This document shows, piece by piece, positions 29,291 to 39,629 of a stretch of 64,000 nt of DNA. The stretch's first letter is position 1, and each line of letters begins with the position of its first letter. This DNA comes from Candidatus Woesearchaeota archaeon (GTDB lineage: Archaea > Nanobdellota > Nanobdellia > Woesearchaeales > GW2011-AR4): contig JAGVXT010000023.1 of the NCBI GenBank assembly GCA_018303655.1, forward strand, positions 30,394-94,393, written 5' to 3'. A program made the translations under genes and the position numbers. The notes under the pieces were generated by a model, which was not told where the DNA came from, searched no databases, and saw only the letters and a list, made by a program, of their open reading frames with translations.

Positions 29291-30253
29291 ATGGAACAAA
29301 ATAGCGCTCTGTGGACCGAGAAGTACAGGCCATCAGATTTCTCTGATATAAAAGGCCAGAAAGAGATAGTCAAAAGAGTCAAGGCTTTTGTGGAGCAGCA
29401 AAACCTGCCACACTTGCTTTTTGCAGGGCCTGCAGGTGTTGGAAAAACAAGTTTGTCTTTGGTGATAGCAAAAAAGCTATTCAAGGACCTATGGAGGCAG
29501 AATTTTCTTGAATTAAACGCTAGTGATGAAAGGGGAATTGACATAATAAGAAACAAGGTAAAAGACTTTGCAAGGACAAGGGCAATTGGAAATGTGCCGT
29601 TCAAGATAATTTATTTGGATGAATGTGATGCCCTGACAAGAGAGGCGCAGCAGGCATTGAGAAGGACAATGGAAAACTACACTCAAACGTGCAGGTTTGT
29701 TCTTTCTGCAAACTATTCATCAAAAATAATCGAGCCTATACAAAGCAGGTGCGTTGTCTTCAGGTTCAAGCAGCTGGATAAGAAAGATATCATAGAAATC
29801 ATTGAAAAAATCTCAAAGGATGAAAAATTAAAAATTGATGAAAAAGCCAAAGAAGCCTTGTATGAGATATGCGAAGGCGACTGCAGAAGGCTTGAAAACA
29901 TACTGCAAAGCTCGGCTGCAATAGCCGACCACATAACAGAAGATTTGATTCATTCAATGGCTTCTGTTGCCAAGCCAAAGGAGATAAAACAAGTTTTGGA
30001 GCTTGCATTAATCAATAATTTTATTGAAGCCAGAAACAAGCTGCTGGACTTGATGCTGAGCTATGGATTAGCGGGCATTGACATAATAAAGCAGATTCAA
30101 AAGGAGATATTGGAGCTAAACATTGACAACAAAGCCAAGATGATTCTCATAGAGAAGTGCGGTGAAATAGAGTTCAGAATGACAGAAGGATCTGATGAGT
30201 TTGTCCAGTTAGAGGCTTTGCTAAGCCAGTTTGCATTGGCCGGGAACAGCTAA
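29291..30253 (+). CDS. rfcS: Replication factor C small subunit
   Basis: WTEKYRP, GPAGVGKT, ELNASDERG, DECD, IQSRC; no intein. Confidence 0.95.
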   Translation: MEQNSALWTEKYRPSDFSDIKGQKEIVKRVKAFVEQQNLPHLLFAGPAGVGKTSLSLVIAKKLFKDLWRQNFLELNASDERGIDIIRNKVKDFARTRAIGNVPFKIIYLDECDALTREAQQALRRTMENYTQTCRFVLSANYSSKIIEPIQSRCVVFRFKQLDKKDIIEIIEKISKDEKLKIDEKAKEALYEICEGDCRRLENILQSSAAIADHITEDLIHSMASVAKPKEIKQVLELALINNFIEARNKLLDLMLSYGLAGIDIIKQIQKEILELNIDNKAKMILIEKCGEIEFRMTEGSDEFVQLEALLSQFALAGNS

Positions 30254-31281
30254 GAAGCAACTCCGCCTTCTGTTGCCAAATGCTTTACAAGAACCTTAGT
30301 TTCTTTATTGTCAAGGACATTATATAAAAGCCTTATGCCAACAGTTTTCTCCAAGTCAAGCCTGTCTGTTGCCAAGTCGGCTGTGCAGGTTATTGTTCTC
30401 TTGCCGCTTACTAATTTGACAACTCCCTTATGACCAGCATCTAGACCACCGCATTTGGGGTTTGAAAAAACCGGATCAACTGGCATCTCAAGGATTTCAA
30501 CGCCAACATTGCTTTCGCGCTCCCTTCTTGCCCTTGGGTCGCGAGGGCATCCAGTGTCAAAGCTGGATGGCTTGCTTTCCTGCTTGTCCCAGAATATGTC
30601 CACATTGCCGCTCAAGCTGATGTCAAAGCTGAAAGAAAGCTTGTCCTTACCTACCACAGTCTGCCTGAAATTGCTTACTTGCACAGGAGCTGCTGAGCTG
30701 TAGACTGTCCTGCTTGATGTAGGCTTGCAAAGGCTGTCGTCCCTTACATTTATCATATCCTTTAATACACAAACCTTTGTATTTGCCTCTGTCTTGTAAT
30801 GGTAGCAGGCATCTGCCCTGAAAGTGAATTCTGTGTTGCCGCTGAATTTTCTTGGATTAAAAAAGGCGCCTGTTCCGCCTTTTGGGAATGTCGCGAATGT
30901 TGTTGTACCATCCACAATGTTGCCCTCTGCATCCCTCTTTTTTGCATCCAAAAGGTCTTCTGGCTGCTGGTCTTTCAAGTCTTCAAAATTTTTGCCAAAA
31001 TCGTTTGGGTCAAATCCGACAAGGTTTAGCTTTATATCATTCTTTTCAACCTTTGCTTCACCATCATTTTTCAACCTTACAATCGCATTAAATGAAAATG
31101 ACTCATCATCAGTCACTTCTGGCGGTGGTGAGTCTTTCTCAAAATTTATTGTGATTCCTGATGTTCCTCCTATGAAAGGAGTTCTAGGAGCTCCTCCTGC
31201 AGACGCTCCGCTTTTTTTGCATGCAGAAACCAAAAGAATCAGGCAAATAAGCAATGCAACAGCATAATATCTCTTGTTCAT
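30250..31281 (-). CDS. Putative lipoprotein, paralog 3
   Basis: Lipobox LVSAC; ADACYHYKT...C, APV, C...Y pattern shared with neighbours. Confidence 0.75.
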   Translation of the reverse strand: MNKRYYAVALLICLILLVSACKKSGASAGGAPRTPFIGGTSGITINFEKDSPPPEVTDDESFSFNAIVRLKNDGEAKVEKNDIKLNLVGFDPNDFGKNFEDLKDQQPEDLLDAKKRDAEGNIVDGTTTFATFPKGGTGAFFNPRKFSGNTEFTFRADACYHYKTEANTKVCVLKDMINVRDDSLCKPTSSRTVYSSAAPVQVSNFRQTVVGKDKLSFSFDISLSGNVDIFWDKQESKPSSFDTGCPRDPRARRERESNVGVEILEMPVDPVFSNPKCGGLDAGHKGVVKLVSGKRTITCTADLATDRLDLEKTVGIRLLYNVLDNKETKVLVKHLATEGGVAS

Positions 31282-31343
31282 ATTGCCTCTTTTCATTGAG
31301 CTGTTTATTTTGATGTTGGTATATAAAGTTTTTGGTTTGATGG

Positions 31344-32423
31344 CTATTGAGGCCCGTACCATTCAGAAGAAGGTGAGCTAGTTGAAGGTGTTGACACACC
31401 ACTGCTTCCTCCCAACCCGCTTACTTCTTGCTTTATCTGAATTTTTTTTTCTATGCTGTTTCTGTAGATATATACTAAACTAATAGTCATCGGCGTTATA
31501 TATGCTGTTTTGCTTCCGTAATCTGAGCTTGGCAATTCACATATCACAAAGCCTTCTCCATTAATCAGCCTTACATCACCGCCCCTGCCTCTCGCGGCAC
31601 TGCCGCCTGTATCCGTGAATGGCCCGCATGTGAGCTCTTTGTTTCCTATTCTGACTTCCTGGAGATGTACCCTATCCACTTCTTCTCTTAATATTTTTTC
31701 GCCTGAAGGCCCGCATTTGTTAAGCATATCATACTTTATAACTTCGCCATTTCCTGCATTTTTAATCGTTATCTTAAATTGTGTTTTTGTTGCAAAGGCT
31801 TCTTCATCTATTTTTGTTATAGCTACAGGGGCGCCTTGGCTTGACAGGGAAATATCCTGCACTTGGCATACTTTCTTTTCATTTGTAGTTGAATAGGGAT
31901 TTGGATCTATGCATACTGACGGGCCGGCAACTGTCTGGTAGAAATAACAAGCTGTTGCAAGTAAAGTCGGCTCGTACTTATCCACATTTAAATTGTCGAC
32001 TTGGATAACACCTTTGAATGTTGCTATATCAAGGCCGCCATTTGGGTTTATAGTGCTTTTGCCTTCCAACGCCTTTCTGTTTGTATCTTGGATATTGGTG
32101 TCTCTGAAGTTTATAATGTTTGGATCATAACCACTTAAATAAATTTTACCATCTGGTGCTGTGCCTTCGTTTGGCTGGGGGAAGGCTCCTTTATTTCTCA
32201 TTTCCAAAACAACTTCAAAACTATTGGCATTTTCACCAGCCCCTTTTTCAACGTGTATTGTTGTGGGCGGCGCATTAGCCAGAAAATTCATAGTAATTCC
32301 TTCTGTTCCTGTTCTTATCTCCTCCAAGGATTTTTCGTTGCTTTTTTTGCCTTTGCACCCGGAAATCAGGATTAATAAAGCAATAAACAAGATAAAAACC
32401 AGCCTTTTTTTCAATTTTATCAC
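31344..32423 (-). CDS. Putative lipoprotein, paralog 2
   Basis: Lipobox LISGC; ATACYFYQT...CID, QGAPVAI. Confidence 0.75.
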   Translation of the reverse strand: MIKLKKRLVFILFIALLILISGCKGKKSNEKSLEEIRTGTEGITMNFLANAPPTTIHVEKGAGENANSFEVVLEMRNKGAFPQPNEGTAPDGKIYLSGYDPNIINFRDTNIQDTNRKALEGKSTINPNGGLDIATFKGVIQVDNLNVDKYEPTLLATACYFYQTVAGPSVCIDPNPYSTTNEKKVCQVQDISLSSQGAPVAITKIDEEAFATKTQFKITIKNAGNGEVIKYDMLNKCGPSGEKILREEVDRVHLQEVRIGNKELTCGPFTDTGGSAARGRGGDVRLINGEGFVICELPSSDYGSKTAYITPMTISLVYIYRNSIEKKIQIKQEVSGLGGSSGVSTPSTSSPSSEWYGPQ

Positions 32424-32462
32424 TCTTTGCTCAAAACTTGGTGTTTTTGTATATAAAACTTT

Positions 32463-33467
32463 TTATCTTGCTGTTTTTTGTGTTAAGTAACTGGCTGAGA
32501 TTGATTGTGTATATCCATAAGTCATGTCTATCCTGAGTGGCTTTAGAAACGGGTCCTGGTTGTTTTGGATTCCTTCCTTGAAAGCGCACCTTATAATGTC
32601 TTTTTTGTCTTTAAGTTTTACATAGCCTTGTTTTTCTTTGTTGCCTTTTTCTTTTGGCTCGCAGTCAAGCTCTTCTCCCAGACCTGTGCCTGGGAAAAAT
32701 GCCTTTACGGTTATTGTGTTGAACTTGTCGCTGCTTACTTTTCCCTGTGTGCAGAATTCTTTTACAGCATCGTTCTTTATAACAATGCCTGTTCCCTTAT
32801 TCTCAACATAAATCAAAAATTGGGGAGTTATTTTTCCGGAATCCTGGCTTGGAAGCATCTGGACTTCTATTTTGCTTATTGCAACCGGAGCGCCCTGGCC
32901 GTTTGCAAATGCCAAGTCCTGCAGTTTGCATACTTTTTTTCCAGGCCTTAAATTGTTTGGATCTGTGTCCATGCAGAATGTTGCATCTAATACAGTTTTG
33001 TAAGGATAGCATAATGTTGCAATTGCAGCTGAGCTGTGGAATTCGCTTTGGGGGTCAACTTTTCCTGCCACAAGATTGTAGCTTATAACTTCCTCTCCCC
33101 CTTTTTGGTTTATTATGCTTTTTCCCTCTATGCCAAAAGAAGCGATATTGTTAAGTCCTGAAAGCGGTTGCACATTTCCGCTCGTCAGCAATTCTATATT
33201 TTTAGTGTAATCCTTTTCAAATCCAATGGATATAAACGCTGCATTGCTTTTTATGTCGGCAGCCCCGGAATTTCTTACTTTTACCACAACAGGAAACTTG
33301 TCGCCTTCGAAAATTCTTTGAGGCGGGGTGTTCTTGAGGAACTCCATTTTTAGTCCATCAAAGCCTACTCTCACATCTATGTCCTGTGTCTTTTTAGTGG
33401 AGGTTCCTGTGCAGCTTATTATAAAAATAATCAATAACGAAGTTATAAGAATTGTTTTTTTGTGCAT
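32463..33467 (-). CDS. Putative lipoprotein, paralog 1
   Basis: Lipobox IISC; ATLCYPYKT...CMD, QGAPVAI. Confidence 0.75.
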   Translation of the reverse strand: MHKKTILITSLLIIFIISCTGTSTKKTQDIDVRVGFDGLKMEFLKNTPPQRIFEGDKFPVVVKVRNSGAADIKSNAAFISIGFEKDYTKNIELLTSGNVQPLSGLNNIASFGIEGKSIINQKGGEEVISYNLVAGKVDPQSEFHSSAAIATLCYPYKTVLDATFCMDTDPNNLRPGKKVCKLQDLAFANGQGAPVAISKIEVQMLPSQDSGKITPQFLIYVENKGTGIVIKNDAVKEFCTQGKVSSDKFNTITVKAFFPGTGLGEELDCEPKEKGNKEKQGYVKLKDKKDIIRCAFKEGIQNNQDPFLKPLRIDMTYGYTQSISASYLTQKTAR

Positions 33468-33482
33468 TTTTGAAAATTATGA

Positions 33483-36400
33483 TTATTTAGTCATGTATTC
33501 TTTTGTTCCAGAATATTGTCCTTCATTGTTATATGCATAAACAGTATAAGTATATGGTTTTCCTACTATTAATTTTAGTCCGCCGTAATCAAAACAATAA
33601 TTGCCTGAGCCATCTTCTTTGATATCCTGGCAGCCTTGTACAATAACCTCTGGTTCGTCTGCAGAAAATCTTGTAACATCATAACTAATTACCTTTGGAC
33701 TAGACGGTTTATCCCAGCGAATTGTAACCACTTGGGTTTGATAATCGTAAGAAGCACGCACAATTATGGGTGATATATCTGGAATATTCTGTGTGTCTGT
33801 TTGCCCACTTTCTGATTCAATGCGTATAAACTGTACATCTTCTTTAGATAGATAATCTCCAATACCTGATTTATCAATAATTACACCATTCTTAATCTTA
33901 TTGGCTGTGTCCAAAATTTTTTCAACATAGTTTATAGTGCCTTCTACACAGCCATTAAAGCATTTATTGTAATCTTTTGAATTTGCGCATGCCTTTTGAC
34001 ACTTCGCTTCTGGTCTGCATCCCCATCCATTATATGCTCTTAATGTGGCTTTTATGTCCCTGTAGCTTAAATATTTCTGATGCCTATCTTGATATTTCCA
34101 TTTGGGGCAGAATGGCTCAAGACTTGAAGAACTTATGCCTCCTTTAGATTTCTGATATTTTTCGTTTAATAATTTTAAGCCAACTTTTATATTGCACTCT
34201 TTATTATAAATAGTTTGTCCTTTAGTGCAAATAGTTGATAAACCTTCATGAATCTTATTTACCTGCATTACACCAACGCTAGTATCATCATAACTCGTTA
34301 AAATTTTATCAGGTCCACAAGAAGTATCCTCACTTGCTTTGCAATCACTCCAATGATTTTTACCGCTTTCTGCGCAGCAATGCCTCCATCTGCTTTCAGT
34401 AAGAGTCAATGCAGAGATTAAATCCATACTCAAACCTGGGAAGTAAATGTCTGTTCCTGGTTTGAATTCTATAGCAGACTTTGTAATCCAATCAGGGACC
34501 GTTTCCACTAATTGCACAGGAAGCTGCTCAACATTAACAGTCACAGAATTCTCGAGCAGATAGTTATATCTCGCCCTAACCCTGAAATACCTTGTTGTTA
34601 TTGGTGAATCACCAAGCACTGCCGAACTTGGCTCGAACCTGCACACAAAGCTTCTGGACTTGTCTATGTCCTTGTTTAAATCCTTGAACTGCTTGCTGCC
34701 GACATCAAGCGCATACGCATTGTATTTTTCTTGAGTAGAACCTTCTCCTTCATTGGTTTGGAACAAAAAAGCGCATTCTTGATTGCACTTATCAAAAACA
34801 GTTTGGCATTCCTTTATGCAATTGTTCTTATTTTCATCAGAGCCACCTACATTGCTACAAGCTACTGTACAAGGAACTACAACATTATTAGTACATGAGC
34901 CAAAACAATCAGTTAATTCATACTTCTTAAACGGCATGCTGCAGGGGCATTCCAATTTTTCCAATTCTGTTTTTGGGTCTTCACATTTTTCAAGCTTATC
35001 GGAAGTGCCAAGTGTAATTCCGTATGGCGTCAGTAAAATTAATTCTGTTATGTTTTTTATTTTTCCTTCCCATCTTGTGATAATTTTCTTATCTTTGTCC
35101 TGAATTTCCTTTCTGTTGGTTAGTGTAATGCCTATGATCGGCTTTATGGCATAGCCTTCGCTTACTGTAACAAGAGGACCTACGCCTAAGCCGATTTCAA
35201 CAGGCCCGTTTGTGAAAACTGCTGCAGGAGTCTTGTCTTTTATCCCAAATTGTGTCAATGGATCAATTCCCTCTCTTGAACTTGCCCTGAATCTTTCCCT
35301 GTCCATAAAGTATGTTTTCAGATAAGAATCGGTGCCAAAATTATACTCTGCTGATAATGTAACTATATTAGCTCCTGCTGGTATTTTGTTTTCATCTTTT
35401 GGCAGGAACGTGCATTGGGTGTCAACTTCCTCCAATGTGAATATTGGGAATTTTATTTCTGGTATTATCTTATCTGCATATATCCTTTTACTGTCTTTCC
35501 ATCTGCTGCAGTTGAAGCTCACAATTACTGCATCTTTGTATGTTTTGCTCCTTATAGTGCCCCACACAGTAATCGGCTCGTCAGTATAAAATCTTGGGTC
35601 AGAAGCCCTTATATTGCCGAAATAGACTCCAAGGCTTTCATATCTATTTTTTTCAACGTTGCCCCTGTACAGGCCTGCTGTGGCGATGTCAAGCCTGCCT
35701 TCAATGAACCCTTTTAGGTTGGCTGTAAATGAACTGTAAAACTCTGTGAATGTTGTACCTTGTTTTGCTATGTAGGGGATGGTATTTGTTTCAAGCCCTG
35801 CAACATTTACAGTCATTATTAAAAAAAATGTTACCAATAAAATAAATGCCATCACAGGATAAGTTGCTTTTTTCTTGCCATCAATTTCATTCGATTCTTT
35901 AACATAGCAATAGGGAATTACAAATAATGTAAGCGGTGGAATAAACTTCAAAAATAAATACTCAGAATTCCATAAAAACCCATACCCAAAAAAATCAATT
36001 ATCAGAAGACTGGGCATGTAGAGATATGTTAAATAAGGTTGTGTTCTTTCTTTTTGCTTTATATAAACAAATCCAAAAAAAATGATATATATTGCATGAA
36101 GCCATGCCCTTATGTTGCCCTGCCATCCATTATTGAGCCAAAAAAATGAAAAAACAAACATTGCATAAAGCGAAGAGAAAAGCCCCGCGACTTCACCCTC
36201 CTTATAGTTTCTATCAAATTTCCATACCAACCATCCTAAAAACAAAAAAAGCAAAATCATCCCATATTGACCTAATGGTATTGAAAAACTTATGTTTAAA
36301 TAAGATGGAAAAATTTTTGGAATGAAATAATTTGATATAATAATTATGCCAAATGCGAGTATAAAAGCTCTGTATTCTTTTTCTATTATTTTAAAAACCA

Positions 36401-37091
36401 TGTTAATATAAAACAATGCAAAAGTAAAACTAGAAGTTAGCACTGGCAGCAAACTTAAGGATAAAAGACCTAGTGGAGGTAATTCAAACCCCCTATATGG
36501 TGGCCAACCCGGTATAAGCCAAGCCGGTGCCATGTCTAGCAGCCAAATAGCAAGGACTCCTGCGATGAAAAATCTTGAAATTTCATTTTTAGTAAATCCT
36601 GTAACAAGCCCCCATCCAATGAAAATCACTATTATAATTATTGCTAGTAACCCTACTATTGTAATACCAACACCAAGCACAAAAGTACGAAACCCATAAA
36701 TATTCTTATAATACGCTGATATAAACAAAATCAACCCCAGTAAAAACCACGCCCAAAAAGTCTTGCTTTTAGCTGTGTTAATGGTGATTTCTGTTGCGCG
36801 GTTTATAAGTGCATCTTTTTTTTCATTTACTGTGTTTCTTGCTCCTTGAATTCTGCCGCCTAAAGTTTGCCTTTGCCTTTCTTCTTGCCGATCTTCTTCT
36901 TCAATCCTTCGTCTTTCTATTTCCTCTTGTCTTTCTCTTGCAGATTCTGCTCTTTCTCTGGCTGCTGCTTCAGCTTGTTCTCTTGATAAGGCAAGTCTTT
37001 CACGCTCTAAAGAAAGTCTTCTCCTTTCAGCTTCTGCTGCCTCAGCCGCTTCCCTTCTAGCTCTTTCTCCTGGGGTTTCACGACGTGCCAA
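33483..37091 (-). CDS. 1202-aa protein: charged N-terminal helix, multi-TM region, Cys-rich ectodomain, SLT-like transglycosylase domain, FN3-like end
   Basis: ALTLTES...GVMQV...NIKVG...AYNG...NYVEK; W-D-K-P...YTYTVYAYN FN3 pattern; TTG start after GGTGA. Confidence 0.75.
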   Translation of the reverse strand: MARRETPGERARREAAEAAEAERRRLSLERERLALSREQAEAAARERAESARERQEEIERRRIEEEDRQEERQRQTLGGRIQGARNTVNEKKDALINRATEITINTAKSKTFWAWFLLGLILFISAYYKNIYGFRTFVLGVGITIVGLLAIIIIVIFIGWGLVTGFTKNEISRFFIAGVLAIWLLDMAPAWLIPGWPPYRGFELPPLGLLSLSLLPVLTSSFTFALFYINMVFKIIEKEYRAFILAFGIIIISNYFIPKIFPSYLNISFSIPLGQYGMILLFLFLGWLVWKFDRNYKEGEVAGLFSSLYAMFVFSFFWLNNGWQGNIRAWLHAIYIIFFGFVYIKQKERTQPYLTYLYMPSLLIIDFFGYGFLWNSEYLFLKFIPPLTLFVIPYCYVKESNEIDGKKKATYPVMAFILLVTFFLIMTVNVAGLETNTIPYIAKQGTTFTEFYSSFTANLKGFIEGRLDIATAGLYRGNVEKNRYESLGVYFGNIRASDPRFYTDEPITVWGTIRSKTYKDAVIVSFNCSRWKDSKRIYADKIIPEIKFPIFTLEEVDTQCTFLPKDENKIPAGANIVTLSAEYNFGTDSYLKTYFMDRERFRASSREGIDPLTQFGIKDKTPAAVFTNGPVEIGLGVGPLVTVSEGYAIKPIIGITLTNRKEIQDKDKKIITRWEGKIKNITELILLTPYGITLGTSDKLEKCEDPKTELEKLECPCSMPFKKYELTDCFGSCTNNVVVPCTVACSNVGGSDENKNNCIKECQTVFDKCNQECAFLFQTNEGEGSTQEKYNAYALDVGSKQFKDLNKDIDKSRSFVCRFEPSSAVLGDSPITTRYFRVRARYNYLLENSVTVNVEQLPVQLVETVPDWITKSAIEFKPGTDIYFPGLSMDLISALTLTESRWRHCCAESGKNHWSDCKASEDTSCGPDKILTSYDDTSVGVMQVNKIHEGLSTICTKGQTIYNKECNIKVGLKLLNEKYQKSKGGISSSSLEPFCPKWKYQDRHQKYLSYRDIKATLRAYNGWGCRPEAKCQKACANSKDYNKCFNGCVEGTINYVEKILDTANKIKNGVIIDKSGIGDYLSKEDVQFIRIESESGQTDTQNIPDISPIIVRASYDYQTQVVTIRWDKPSSPKVISYDVTRFSADEPEVIVQGCQDIKEDGSGNYCFDYGGLKLIVGKPYTYTVYAYNNEGQYSGTKEYMTK

Positions 37092-37196
37092 TCAAAATCA
37101 CCATTTTAGCCATTTTCAAAATAACAATCTCTAAAGAATTCTTCCCAAGCCACCTCTTCTTTTTTAATGGATTATGAAATAAAATAAGCATTATAA

Positions 37197-38369
37197 TTAA
37201 GCCAGTTCTATCTTTAGTTCAACAACTTCCATGTCTTCCAGAGGCTCGAGCCTCAGGTAATTGTTGCCTTCTGAAATCCTGCTGTTGATGTTCTTTGAAA
37301 ATGCTGCCTTGTCTGTTTCTATGGTTTCAATGTGCCCGTTGACATCAAGCTTTGCCCTTTTCTGTTTGTTGTCATCTACAAGCTTGATTGTCAATACCGC
37401 ATCATCATTTCCATTTCTTATGCTTTGGAACGCATCGCTGCTTACCTCAAAGAAGTATGTCTTTACAGCAGGCTCTTTGAACTCAAGAGCAATTCTTATC
37501 TGCTCTACAGAGTAGCTGCCTTTGGATGTCTTGAAAACAATGTTGTTCTCGCCTTCGTTCAATGCGCTTTTCGGCACGCTCTGCCTGTAGGCATTGTCGC
37601 ATACAGGAACTGAGGAAAAGAGCTTTTTGTTGTTTATATAAATATCAAGCGTTCCAAGATCATTCACATTGCCGCAGTATGGTATGAACTTGAGTGTGGC
37701 TTTGTCCATGCTGGAAAATTCTGAATCGCTTAATGTAAAGAGGTTTGTGCTTTCCTGTTTGCTTGTGTCTGTGATGTCGCCGATTATCCTAACGTTCTCA
37801 AGGCTGTACTCATTTGTTGTCCAGAACTTTAAACCGACAGAAGAAACGCTGAACTCAAGCAAATTTGTCTTTTGAAGCAGTTTCTTGTCAAGCTTTACAG
37901 GCTCTATAATTTCGCTTGTTAATTCATTCTCAAAAACAATCACATTATTCAGCTTTATGGTCAAAATGCCTTCTCTTTTCTTTGCTGTGAAGGAAACAAC
38001 TACATTGTCTGTGTTGTCGGGGTCTTCAAGCCAGAAATCAATCTTCTTTGCTTTTTTGTCAAACCATCCGCTTCTTACAATGAAAGGGTTTATCTTTTCC
38101 ATCTCCTTTGCATTGGTTGTCTCCACCAAGAATATGTTCGGGATTTCTTTCTCGTCTTCTAAGTTGCTGGATGTGCTGAGCATTCCCGGAAATGCCTTTA
38201 ACAGCACATTAGATGTGTCTCCTCCTGAAGTTGTCTCTGTTGCCCTTTCTTCAATAAGCTTCTTTCTTTCAGAGCTTGGCAAAAATACAATATAAAGAAT
38301 GATCAAGCCGGCGATGATAGCGACTAAAACCGCTGCATTCATGCCTCCTTGTGACTTCTTATGCATCAT
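37197..38369 (-). CDS. Membrane-anchored beta-rich surface protein
   Basis: KKSQ/GG followed by a hydrophobic helix (class III signal-like); repeated G-x-N strand motifs. Confidence 0.65.
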   Translation of the reverse strand: MMHKKSQGGMNAAVLVAIIAGLIILYIVFLPSSERKKLIEERATETTSGGDTSNVLLKAFPGMLSTSSNLEDEKEIPNIFLVETTNAKEMEKINPFIVRSGWFDKKAKKIDFWLEDPDNTDNVVVSFTAKKREGILTIKLNNVIVFENELTSEIIEPVKLDKKLLQKTNLLEFSVSSVGLKFWTTNEYSLENVRIIGDITDTSKQESTNLFTLSDSEFSSMDKATLKFIPYCGNVNDLGTLDIYINNKKLFSSVPVCDNAYRQSVPKSALNEGENNIVFKTSKGSYSVEQIRIALEFKEPAVKTYFFEVSSDAFQSIRNGNDDAVLTIKLVDDNKQKRAKLDVNGHIETIETDKAAFSKNINSRISEGNNYLRLEPLEDMEVVELKIELA

Positions 38370-38454
38370 AGCACCTTTTTTAAATTGATTTTACTACAAT
38401 AATGTGAATAACTTAACATAAACATATTTAAATGTTTTTATTTTAGTGTTGTAT

Positions 38455-39528
38455 ATGAAACTGCTGCATTCCAACTTAAAGAAAGGGGAAGTAAAGGTAA
38501 TGACGCAAAACCTTGATGATTTGTGGTATTTGAGCGCTATTATAGAGCCAAAGGACATTGTACAGGGAAAGACCTTGAGGAAGATAAAAGCAGCTTCAAG
38601 CGATGAAAAATCAAAAGAAGCTTCAAAAAAGCCTGTCTTTATAAGGATTGAAGTAGAAAAGGTTGAGTTCAGCAAATACTCCAATGTGCTGCGCGTTCTC
38701 GGCATTATAAAGGAAGCTCCTGAGGAGGTTCCGCTTGGAGAGCATCATACATTCAATGTGGATGACAACACTGCAATCACAATAATAAAGCAGGACTGGC
38801 TCAAGTACCAGCTTGACAAGCTGAAAGATGCTTGCTCAGAGAAGAAAAGCTCATTGCTGATATGCGTGCATGACAGGGAAGAAGCGTATTTTGCATTGTT
38901 TAAGAAATATGGATATGAGATTTTGACGCATATGCAAGGCGAGGTTCAAAAGAAAAGGGAGGAGAATATAAAGAAAGAGAATTTTTATTTGATAATCATA
39001 AACAAGTTAAAAGAGTATGTCGAAAGATACAAAATAAAACAGGTTATCTTGGCATCTCCGTCATTCTGGAAAGAGGACTTGATGAAGGAATTGAAAGACA
39101 ATGAATTAAAACAAAAGATAATTCTCGCAACATGCTCCTCAGCAACAAAAAACGGCATTGACGAAGTTATAAAAAGGCCTGAGGTGAGGGAAGCTTTAAA
39201 ACAGGAAAGGACAGCTAAAGAGATAAATAAAGTTGAAGAATTGTTCACAGAAATTGCAAAAAACAACCTTGCTGTTTATGGACTGGAAGAAACGCAAAAG
39301 GCTGCTGAAATCGGCGCTGTAAAGGAGCTTTTGATAACAGATTCATTTATAATAAAATCCAGAAATGAAAATTTTTATAATAATGTAGAGCATATTATGA
39401 AAACTGCTGACAAGGCAAAGGGAGAGGTTGAGGTAATAAGCTCCGAGCACGAAGCCGGAAAAAAGCTTGATGGATTGGGAGGAATTGCCGCAATCTTGAG
39501 GTTTAAGCTGAATTATACTCACGGATAA
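38455..39528 (+). CDS. pelA: Pelota (Dom34) ribosome rescue factor
   Basis: DDLWYLS, GEHHTFNV, GLGGIAAILRF. Confidence 0.94.
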   Translation: MKLLHSNLKKGEVKVMTQNLDDLWYLSAIIEPKDIVQGKTLRKIKAASSDEKSKEASKKPVFIRIEVEKVEFSKYSNVLRVLGIIKEAPEEVPLGEHHTFNVDDNTAITIIKQDWLKYQLDKLKDACSEKKSSLLICVHDREEAYFALFKKYGYEILTHMQGEVQKKREENIKKENFYLIIINKLKEYVERYKIKQVILASPSFWKEDLMKELKDNELKQKIILATCSSATKNGIDEVIKRPEVREALKQERTAKEINKVEELFTEIAKNNLAVYGLEETQKAAEIGAVKELLITDSFIIKSRNENFYNNVEHIMKTADKAKGEVEVISSEHEAGKKLDGLGGIAAILRFKLNYTHG

Positions 39529-39529
39529 T

Positions 39530-39560
39530 AATAATTGAGCAATAATTATGCTCAATTATT
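39530..39560. promoter_or_regulatory. Perfect 12-bp inverted repeat between pelA and acs
   Basis: AATAATTGAGCA-N7-TGCTCAATTATT. Confidence 0.5.
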
Positions 39561-39629
39561 TGTTGCCTTTACTATATTAAGAAAGGTTTAAAAATAGTTT
39601 TAATAGACTATATTAAAAAGAGGTGTATT

